Shown here: positions 8,039 to 15,611 of the stretch, piece by piece | Position numbering within the stretch: the first letter of the stretch is position 1 | Layout of the letters: each line of letters starts with the position of its first letter | NCBI GenBank assembly: GCA_947456095.1 | Contig: CANGPX010000001.1 | Location: forward strand, 771 to 64,770 | DNA length: 64,000 bases | From: Acidimicrobiaceae bacterium | Lineage (GTDB): Bacteria > Actinomycetota > Acidimicrobiia > Acidimicrobiales > RAAP-2 | Reading direction: 5' to 3' | Notes under the pieces: generated by a model | What the model saw: the letters and a program-made list of their open reading frames with translations, nothing else | The model's database searches: none | Told to the model about the DNA's origin: nothing | Made by a program: the position numbers and the translations under genes

Positions 8039-11000
8039 GTGCCTCGCCGAGATCATGTGGAGCTGGATGTGCGGAAATATTTTGCAGCAACGTTGCGACG
8101 GCTTGCAGTCGTCTCCATTGGAGCCCTTGCCTTGTCGGGAACCGTATCGCCATTGGCTGGTGCTGACCCAGTAGCAGCAACGGTGTCAATCTCCAACCCA
8201 GCAGATGGAACGACGTATGCACCACGGACGTGGAATTCAACCGTCACTGGTGAAGCAATCGATGGCACCTCGACAGTCGATACGGTCGATATCAAGCTGT
8301 ATGACTCAACCGCCAGTTTGTACTTTGATGGAGTGGGTTGGGGCGCTTCGGCAACAACATTTACCGCCAATGGCACGAACTCTTGGTCAACCACCGTCTA
8401 TCCCTCGTTCCTTCCGATTGACCATCAATTTGAAATGACGGCGACAGCAAATCTGGTCGAGGGCGGAACGGTCGACTCAGTGACGGTCAATTTCTCCTAC
8501 ACCTCATCAGTGCTCAACTTTGCCTGCAACTCGAACCCAAACCTGTTCAACACTGGTTTCAACGCAAACACTGGCAGTACTCTTTCCGACTACTCCGCTG
8601 ACTCGTACTGGACAGTGACGGGGCCTGGTTACGTCCCTTCAGGAGCTTCACTTCCACCTGCAGGGGCAACATATACCTCTGCAAGCGTCAATAACCTGAT
8701 CGCTGCATCTTGGTATACAACGCCGTTCTACAACTCGCAGTGGATCTCACAACAGAATCTCGATAATCCCTATCAGTATCCACAAAATGACCCTTTAGAT
8801 TATTGGTACCAACTGAAGTTCAATCTCGGTCCAACTACAGACCCGTCGACTTTCCAGATTCCCTTTGACTGGTACGCAGACAACAACATTTTCGAGATTT
8901 ACGTCAATGGTGTGGCACAGAGTGCTATCACGACTGGTATCCCGCAAGACGCTACGGGCCACTACGACTACAACGGATACACGAAGGAAGCCGCAGCCGA
9001 TGCAGTCCTTCGCGGAGCCTTCGTCACCGGCGAAAACACCATCATCGTGCAAATCAAGACTGACAACGATTACGAAGGCTTCAACGCTGTTTTCCGACCG
9101 AGTTCGGTTTGCCCAGTTGATCTTTCAGTCACGAAGACGGCTTCACAGTCTCCTGCGTATCTTTCTTCGCAGAGCCTTAGCTATGTAGTGACCGTTGCCA
9201 ATGCGGGACCAGGAACCGCCTACAACGTCGGCCTCGTGGACAGCCTTCCAGCAGGTCTGCCAACTTCAGGTGCAAATCGGTTCACGTGGACCTGCGCAAA
9301 GGTGGACAGCAATAGCCGATGTGCCACGAGTGGAAATACCAACGGTTCAGGCAACATCAACGAAACCATCTACCGAATTAGCCCTGGGGGTTCTGTCAAG
9401 TACACGATCACGGGAACGATTCCCGCGGGGACCCATGTTGCGCTCGATAACACCGCAACCGTCACGCCTGCTGCGGATTCAAGCGATGTTGGCTGCTCGC
9501 CGAACTGCGCTTCGACCGTCACCTTGCCGCCGGTGACAACCGACTTGTCGGTAACAAAAGTTGCGTCATCGTCTCAGTACACCGCAGGCAATCCGTTGAC
9601 CTACACCATCACCGTCAACAATGCTGGCCCAGATACCGCTACGAATGCCACAGTCGTTGATACCTTGCCAGCAGGTCTTCCAACGACTGGTGCAGGTGCC
9701 TTTACGTGGACCTGTGTCGCAACGGGCAGTGCAACGTGTAGCGCCTCTGGAACGGGAAACCTTAACGATACGGTCACCATTCCAAAGGACGCAAAGGTTG
9801 TGTACACCGTGACCGGCACGGTGCCGTTGGGAACAACAGCCTCGCTCGTCAACACGGCAACAGTGACGCCACCTCCTGGTGTCTACGACGCAAATTGCTT
9901 GGTTTCTTGCTCAGATGCAACGACGGTGAGCAACGTGCCTGCAACCAAAAACATCACGATCTTGAAGACTGTTGATAAGCCAGTGTTTACGCCCGGCGAA
10001 TCCCTGACCTATACCGTCAAGGCTTCGAACAAATCGGACCTGGATGTGTCAGGCGTGGACGTTACTGACACGCTGCCTGCTGGGCTTCCGACAACTGGAG
10101 CGAACGCTTTTACTTGGAGCTGTGCTGCAAACGATGTGATTGCCAGCCCAACGACACCTTCAGCTTGTCCAAACGCGAACGGCACGGGAAATCTGAGTGA
10201 AACCGGCATTGCCATCTCGGCAGGTGGATCGGTGGTTTACACCATCACTGGAACGGTGCCCTCGTCACTGACGACGTCATTGTCCAACACCGCCACGTTG
10301 TTTCCACATGTCGGCAGCGACGACCCAAGTTGTAATCCAAGTTGCAGCTCAACGGTAACGAGCACTCCGCACATTGTCGTTGACCTCGTCCCTTCAAAGA
10401 CCGCTTCACCAACTTCTTATGTGGCCGGTGCTCGCTTGACCTACACCGTGATCGTTGCCAACAACGGTCCAAGTGACGCAAAGAACACGAAAGTGGCTGA
10501 CACGCTCCCTGCTGGGCTTCCAACCTCTGGACCAAGCCGCTTCACCTGGACTTGTGTTGGAACCGCGGGTTCTACTTGCACCGCTTCTGGTGTTGGAAAT
10601 ATTCGGGACACCGTCACGGTGATTGCGGGAGGAAAGGTGACCTACACGGTGACCGGAATTGTTCCAGCATCACTGACGGGAAATCGAACCAACACCGTAA
10701 CGGTCACGCCGCCTGCGGGTGCGACTGATCCAGGATGCACACCGACTTGCAGCCGAAGCGTCAAGACTGCAGCCAGCATCAGTGCAATCTCGGTAGCGAC
10801 AAAGGCAACCGTCGTTGGTGAGAATTTTGATGGTGCGGCCCCCAAGGGCAGCCAGATTCAATACACCTTCAGCGTGAAGAACACGGGAAATACCGAACTC
10901 ACGAGCGTGAGCGTTCGCAGCGACCGAGTTGGTGTGAGTTGCCCGAAGACAAAGTTGGCACCGGGTGAAACTATGCAGTGTGTGGGAACTTCACTCCACA

Positions 11001-11254
11001 AAGTTTCCAACGCTGACCTGATCCGGACCTATGTCCCCAATCAGGCGACCGCGAGTGGTGTGAGTTTGAACGCTGGGCCTGTCAAAGGTGTTTCAAATGA
11101 AGTAATCACCCCTACAGCCGGTGGCATCCCCACGGACTTGGGAATGCCTCACAGCCCGTCTTCGCACGGACTGAGCAATTTGGCTTTGTTTGGAATTCTT
11201 GGATCTGGAGCCTTGGCGCTGGGTCTGCTCCTTCGTCGAAAGAATGTGAACTAA
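8039..11254 (+). CDS. Large secreted cell-surface protein: signal peptide, Ig-like module, Cys-bracketed aromatic-rich beta-sandwich-like module, 4 DUF11-type repeats, 1 divergent repeat, C-terminal TM + basic tail
   Basis: 1071-aa ORF (GTG start; exact start uncertain because other in-frame GTGs lie nearby). N-terminal RRLAVVSIGALALSG...AGADP. Repeats carry L[TS]YT[IV].V.N.GP....N..V.D[ST]LPAGL, the DUF11 'conserved repeat domain' signature. C-terminus LSNLALFGILGSGALALGLLL-RRKNVN. Confidence 0.8.
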   Translation: MPRRDHVELDVRKYFAATLRRLAVVSIGALALSGTVSPLAGADPVAATVSISNPADGTTYAPRTWNSTVTGEAIDGTSTVDTVDIKLYDSTASLYFDGVGWGASATTFTANGTNSWSTTVYPSFLPIDHQFEMTATANLVEGGTVDSVTVNFSYTSSVLNFACNSNPNLFNTGFNANTGSTLSDYSADSYWTVTGPGYVPSGASLPPAGATYTSASVNNLIAASWYTTPFYNSQWISQQNLDNPYQYPQNDPLDYWYQLKFNLGPTTDPSTFQIPFDWYADNNIFEIYVNGVAQSAITTGIPQDATGHYDYNGYTKEAAADAVLRGAFVTGENTIIVQIKTDNDYEGFNAVFRPSSVCPVDLSVTKTASQSPAYLSSQSLSYVVTVANAGPGTAYNVGLVDSLPAGLPTSGANRFTWTCAKVDSNSRCATSGNTNGSGNINETIYRISPGGSVKYTITGTIPAGTHVALDNTATVTPAADSSDVGCSPNCASTVTLPPVTTDLSVTKVASSSQYTAGNPLTYTITVNNAGPDTATNATVVDTLPAGLPTTGAGAFTWTCVATGSATCSASGTGNLNDTVTIPKDAKVVYTVTGTVPLGTTASLVNTATVTPPPGVYDANCLVSCSDATTVSNVPATKNITILKTVDKPVFTPGESLTYTVKASNKSDLDVSGVDVTDTLPAGLPTTGANAFTWSCAANDVIASPTTPSACPNANGTGNLSETGIAISAGGSVVYTITGTVPSSLTTSLSNTATLFPHVGSDDPSCNPSCSSTVTSTPHIVVDLVPSKTASPTSYVAGARLTYTVIVANNGPSDAKNTKVADTLPAGLPTSGPSRFTWTCVGTAGSTCTASGVGNIRDTVTVIAGGKVTYTVTGIVPASLTGNRTNTVTVTPPAGATDPGCTPTCSRSVKTAASISAISVATKATVVGENFDGAAPKGSQIQYTFSVKNTGNTELTSVSVRSDRVGVSCPKTKLAPGETMQCVGTSLHKVSNADLIRTYVPNQATASGVSLNAGPVKGVSNEVITPTAGGIPTDLGMPHSPSSHGLSNLALFGILGSGALALGLLLRRKNVN
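9116..10777 (+). repeat. Four tandem DUF11-type domain repeats (about 135-145 codons each; starts at 9116, 9536, 9941, 10376). A fifth divergent copy follows at about 10778-11110
   Basis: Repeat boundaries located on the nucleotide sequence and checked for frame. Conserved cores such as gac acg ctS cct gct ggg ctt ccR recur. Each copy has D[ST]LPAGLPT[ST]G..FTW[ST]C and four Cys. Confidence 0.85.
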
Positions 11255-11845
11255 ATGACTATGCGACTTCCACGAGTTTCTGCTGTTGGCTTGGCGCTCA
11301 CCTCGGGAGCAATGGCGCTCTCGTTGTTGAGTTCGGTGCCTGCAAGTGCTTCGCCGCCGGTTGCGGCAAAGCCCTTGGTATCAACCATCCGTCCGGCTGG
11401 TCATAGTCTTCGAACTTCTGCGTTGGTAACGATCCCAAGCTTTGGGGTCTCTGCGAAGGTAGTTGTGGAAGGCGTAGACAAGAAAACAGGCCAATTCGTT
11501 GTTCCTGGAGACCCGAAAATTATTGGATGGTCTCGCTATGGCCCTCAGCCAGGTGAGCCAGGAACTGCACTGTTTTTTGGTCATCGGTCGTCTGCAGGAG
11601 CCTTCTGGCATGTTCCTGAGATGAAGCGGGGTACTGAATTCAAAATTACTGGCCTGAATGGGGTGGTGACCAAGTGGAGAGTCACCTCAGTTCAACAGGC
11701 ACCCAAGAAGGACCTCCCAGGGGGTCTCTTTGAGAACACAGGGGCTCCACGAGTCGCCTTTGTCACTTGCGGCGGGGAGTTCAATTACAAGATTGGCCAC
11801 TTCAAAGACAACGTCATTGCCTGGGCTCAACCGGCGAGTAAATAA
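11255..11845 (+). CDS. Sortase-family transpeptidase, class F-like
   Basis: N-terminal signal/anchor. IPSFGVSAKV...GDPKIIGWSRYGPQPGEPGTALFFGHRS...RVAFVTCGGEF matches the class F sortase layout (His in GH, Cys in TC). ATG directly follows the TAA of the surface protein. Confidence 0.8.
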   Translation: MTMRLPRVSAVGLALTSGAMALSLLSSVPASASPPVAAKPLVSTIRPAGHSLRTSALVTIPSFGVSAKVVVEGVDKKTGQFVVPGDPKIIGWSRYGPQPGEPGTALFFGHRSSAGAFWHVPEMKRGTEFKITGLNGVVTKWRVTSVQQAPKKDLPGGLFENTGAPRVAFVTCGGEFNYKIGHFKDNVIAWAQPASK

Positions 11846-12227
11846 GTCAGAGAGAAAGTCGCTGCAGTCTGGATCTTGAGTTCCTCGGCAGTGACTTCTG
11901 AAAAGCCCTTTGATGGCTTGCACTTCTTGTGCTGGTGAGTACCCATCTCCTCAAGGTGAGTCGCACAAGACTTGGATTTCGTCGTTACTTCGCGATTTCA
12001 CGAGTGGATCAGAGATCTTTCAAGGACATTTGTAGGCGTCCTTGGCTCGTTTGCAGCGGGGAATCCTCCACGAAGGCTGCCACGATGCATTGTTGAGTGG
12101 GAGAAGGCTACGAGCGAAACCATGTTGCCCACAGGGTTGACTGTGGATTTGAAGGCCAGCAATTTCTGAGCGCTCCATCCTCCCGCTTGGCATTTGTCAG
12201 CCTCATTGAGGGTTTTGGTCGTTTGGC

Positions 12228-13715
12228 CTATTCTGCATCCTCATCGTTAATGAGGAGTGCCCCTGATGCTTCAAGGAGGCCTTCATTTCGTGTGGTGAAC
12301 ATGGTGTCTTGAAGCGCTCTTGAATCCGTTGGTGAGTCACCGAGCACGAAGGTGATCAAAGCCGTCAGGAGCCCAATGCCTGCAGCAGCGAGGAAGGCGT
12401 ATTCATAACCGGTGTAATTCGGAGTGGAACTCCCTTTTGGGGTTGCGCTGCGGAGTAGGCCAGCTGCAAGTGATGAACCTACTGCGAGGCCAATGTTTCT
12501 GAGCACCTGGTAGAGGCCTGTTGCGCTTCCTGTTTCTCCAGGCGGAACAGCCCGAATGATGAAACTTGGCATCGCGGCGAAGGTGAGGCCAATGCCGAGG
12601 CCAATAATGCCTACGGCGACAAAGGCTTGCCAGAGTTGGTGGTGAAAGGCCAGAAAGAACATCGCAGCTGCGGCAAACGTCATGGCACCAAGCGGCATCA
12701 AGATTCGGGTCCCGAACGCTCTTTCCATGGGGAGAAGCGTGCGACTCGCAAGATAGGTGCCAACCGAAAGCGGGGTCAAAAGGAAACCAGCAGTCATGAC
12801 GCCCACGCCAAATCCATAGCCAGATGCCGGGTCAGTTTGGACGAATTCGACAATGACGGGTACGACTAAGTACATCGCCACACTCATGGCGAATCCAATG
12901 AGGTCTGCCACAGCAACTGAGGTCACCTTGAGATAGCGAAGTTCGACCAAGGGGGACTGGTGACTGAGTTCGGCGGGAATCCAAATCACAAGGGCGAGGG
13001 TTGCCAACGCGATCAACAAGACGGAGCGAAGTGAGGTCCATCCCCACCCAGCGCCTTCACTCAAGAACACCGAAATTGAGAAGACGCAAATGCCAAGCAA
13101 CAGCGCACCACGACCGTCAAAGGCTCGATAATGCGAGTCTGAGCCCTTCGGTATGACGACCAGTGCGGTGACGGTGGCGATGGCGACCATGCACGCCCCA
13201 AACCAATATGCAGCAGAGACTCCACCGATCTGAGCGACTGCAGAAGTAGCTGGGTAGCCAAGTCCAGCACCAATTGCCGTCGACACTGACAAAGTTGCGA
13301 TGGCGCGATGCGAGCGCTCAGGACTGAGTACCCGACGGGCAATGGCCATATTCACCGGCAAGAGTCCAAGACCAACACCTTGAAAGCCCCGCCCAATGAC
13401 GATCCACGAAAAACTCGACGCGAGCGCTGAAATCACGCAACCAAGGAGCACGAGGGAGAGTGTCGCGACGATGACTCGGCGTTGATGAGCGCCGTCAGCG
13501 AGACGTCCCATGATTGGGGTCGCAAGCGCGCCTGTAAGGAGCGCAGCAGTGAGGACCCAGTCTGCAGTGGCAAGGCGAACGCCGTGTTCGAGTGCAATGG
13601 TTGGGATGAGCGGGGCACCAAGACTCGATACCAGAGCGACCACCAGTCCAATGCCAATGAGTGTTGGTACGAGCGCTTGGCGGTCTTTGGTTACCGGAGC
13701 GTTGTGAGCGTCCAT
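12228..13715 (-). CDS. MFS transporter, DHA2 (EmrB/QacA-like, about 14 TMS)
   Basis: 495 aa and highly hydrophobic. GRLADGAHQRRV (motif A-like) and multiple TM segments. Downstream of the hydrolase gene on the same strand. Confidence 0.85.
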   Translation of the reverse strand: MDAHNAPVTKDRQALVPTLIGIGLVVALVSSLGAPLIPTIALEHGVRLATADWVLTAALLTGALATPIMGRLADGAHQRRVIVATLSLVLLGCVISALASSFSWIVIGRGFQGVGLGLLPVNMAIARRVLSPERSHRAIATLSVSTAIGAGLGYPATSAVAQIGGVSAAYWFGACMVAIATVTALVVIPKGSDSHYRAFDGRGALLLGICVFSISVFLSEGAGWGWTSLRSVLLIALATLALVIWIPAELSHQSPLVELRYLKVTSVAVADLIGFAMSVAMYLVVPVIVEFVQTDPASGYGFGVGVMTAGFLLTPLSVGTYLASRTLLPMERAFGTRILMPLGAMTFAAAAMFFLAFHHQLWQAFVAVGIIGLGIGLTFAAMPSFIIRAVPPGETGSATGLYQVLRNIGLAVGSSLAAGLLRSATPKGSSTPNYTGYEYAFLAAAGIGLLTALITFVLGDSPTDSRALQDTMFTTRNEGLLEASGALLINDEDAE

Positions 13716-13754
13716 GAAGAACTCGTTAGCGCTTGAGTTGTTGTGCGCAAGGGC

Positions 13755-14693
13755 TCACACAACTGCAGGAGTAACACGCTCGAGAAATAACGTGAGTTCC
13801 TGCAAGTGCTGGAGGACTGCTGGACGCCAGGGATCACCTGCCTGCCCTGTCACCGAGGTCGCCATGTCTTGAACCAGGGCAACGATTTCTTCCGGAAGGC
13901 CCGGGATGGTTGGCGCAAGCTCTCCATAAAGCCCGATGTCAGAGCAGCCCTGGTGACCAACCTCTTCAAAGACGACAACGGTGACCTTGGAGAGGTGCTT
14001 GGCTGGCTCATGCACGTTCACCTCTACCGGGGTCGTCGTGTCATTTGCCCCGCCAAGAAGCAGGACTGGAGCATGAATGGCAGCCAGAGAATCTGCGCTC
14101 AGGGGAGTAAGGAAGGGATGGAGCCCAACGACACCTTTGACGTGATTGGTCGCACCGTGGTGAGCGGCATAGGCCAGGGCGGTGTAGCCGCCATAAGAGT
14201 GACCAACCACGGTCATCGCGTCAAAATCAATTTCCGGTGCGAGCTCGAGGGCGCCGCTGAAGAGGTGCTCAATGACGAGTGCAACGTCACCAACGCGTTG
14301 GCGTTCGTTCGTGGCGTCATCAACAGCGGTACCCGAGAGCCAGTCCATGGTGGTGTCTCCTGGATGGTTTATCGCCACGATGACGAACCCTCGGCTCGCA
14401 AGCGCCTCAAGGAGTTGGCTGTAATTCAGGTTGGTTCCCGTACGACCGTGTGAAAACACTACGAGAGGGTGTTGCCCAGGAAGCGGAGCCGGTGCTTCGA
14501 GTGCGCTGGCGTTGAACGTGACTCCTGCGAGCAGTTCGTACTCAGCCAAGGGCTCATCTGCGTTGATTGCGGGATACCAGCAGGCAAGATCGAGAACTCG
14601 CCCGTCGCGATCATTGTCGATGAGCTGATGGACCGATCTTCCAACGACGTGATGCAGTGGTTCGAGCGGTGAGGTGGCCAAAGGTAACGACAT
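13755..14693 (-). CDS. Alpha/beta hydrolase (PAF-acetylhydrolase / dienelactone-hydrolase-like)
   Basis: Nucleophile elbow VVGHSYGGYTA and oxyanion-region VVFSHGRTG. I chose the start at the internal ATG (MSLPLATS...). The longer ORF to 14909 has an Arg/His-rich non-protein-like N-terminus and would overlap the divergent ALDC gene. Confidence 0.75.
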   Translation of the reverse strand: MSLPLATSPLEPLHHVVGRSVHQLIDNDRDGRVLDLACWYPAINADEPLAEYELLAGVTFNASALEAPAPLPGQHPLVVFSHGRTGTNLNYSQLLEALASRGFVIVAINHPGDTTMDWLSGTAVDDATNERQRVGDVALVIEHLFSGALELAPEIDFDAMTVVGHSYGGYTALAYAAHHGATNHVKGVVGLHPFLTPLSADSLAAIHAPVLLLGGANDTTTPVEVNVHEPAKHLSKVTVVVFEEVGHQGCSDIGLYGELAPTIPGLPEEIVALVQDMATSVTGQAGDPWRPAVLQHLQELTLFLERVTPAVV

Positions 14694-14755
14694 CTCTCTA
14701 CTTTGCCACCTCAAAAGAGCATCGATTGAAGCGCCCGGTCGTCTAGGTTGCCAAT

Positions 14756-15538
14756 ATGAGTCGACATGTCCTCGATGACCGGATGATTGCGGGACTGCAC
14801 CTTGTGGCACTGCGCACCAGTGGCCACGACCATGACGTTGCTCACGCACATGTCGCGGCCCAAGTGGGAACCATTGGTTCGCTGCTTGACGCGAACTATG
14901 ACGGCTCAATGACGCTCTCGGAATTGGTCGCCCGTGGTGATCTTGGAATCGGAACGACCAATGGGCTTGGCGGAGAACTGCTCGTTGTCGATGGAGCAGT
15001 CTTTCTTGCTGATGCTGATGGGGTCATCTCGATACCGCAATTCAGCGAGACCACCCCCTTTGCCGTTGTTTGTCCGGAGGATCCCTTTACGCAGTTCTCT
15101 GCGAGTGGAACACGCTCAGATCTTGAAGCACGGATGAGCAACGAGGGATCGGGCCGAAGTGTGCTTGGTATCCGGATCGAAGGAACCTTTGATGTCGTTT
15201 CACTACGGAGTGTGGAACGCCAGACCAAGCCGTACCCACCATTGGCTGAAGCAGTGAAGGATCAACATATGTTTTCGTGCGAGAACGTCGTTGGGACGAT
15301 TGTTGGCTTCTGTTTTCCCGATGCTCTTGCGGGAATCGAGGTACCGGGTTTCCACCTCCATTTCATCAACGCCGAGCGCTCACGTGGTGGTCATGTCATG
15401 GAATACGTGCTGCGCCAAGGCACCGTTTCACTGACAGAGGTTGACGACCTCCATGTTGAGCTTCCTGCTGGTGTTGATCTTGGAATTCCAGGTGAAGGTG
15501 ATCGAGCCACCATTCGTGCTGTTGAAGGTGGCAAGTGA
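14756..15538 (+). CDS. budA: Alpha-acetolactate decarboxylase
   Basis: ALDC family pattern: SLLDANYDGSMTLSELVARGDLGIGTTNGLGGELLVVDG and GFHLHFINAERSRGGHV. Confidence 0.8.
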   Translation: MSRHVLDDRMIAGLHLVALRTSGHDHDVAHAHVAAQVGTIGSLLDANYDGSMTLSELVARGDLGIGTTNGLGGELLVVDGAVFLADADGVISIPQFSETTPFAVVCPEDPFTQFSASGTRSDLEARMSNEGSGRSVLGIRIEGTFDVVSLRSVERQTKPYPPLAEAVKDQHMFSCENVVGTIVGFCFPDALAGIEVPGFHLHFINAERSRGGHVMEYVLRQGTVSLTEVDDLHVELPAGVDLGIPGEGDRATIRAVEGGK

Positions 15539-15611
15539 AAACTGAGACGATGGCTTCCATGGCGATCGCCAAGTTGGGTTTTCACAGCCATCTTCCACTC
15601 AAGGTATCGCC

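Noticed and set aside
7520-12300. Direct repeat of the tRNA-Leu 3' end (att site) at the far side of the sortase module
   Set aside because: I scanned the 11846-12300 region by eye for GGTTCAAGTCCCCC / CTTCGACA-like strings and found none. The island boundary therefore remains an inference only.
14694-14909. N-terminal 72-codon extension of the alpha/beta hydrolase ORF
   Set aside because: The extension is Arg/His/Gln-rich and non-protein-like, and it overlaps the divergent ALDC start. The internal ATG at 14693 gives a normal hydrolase N-terminus.
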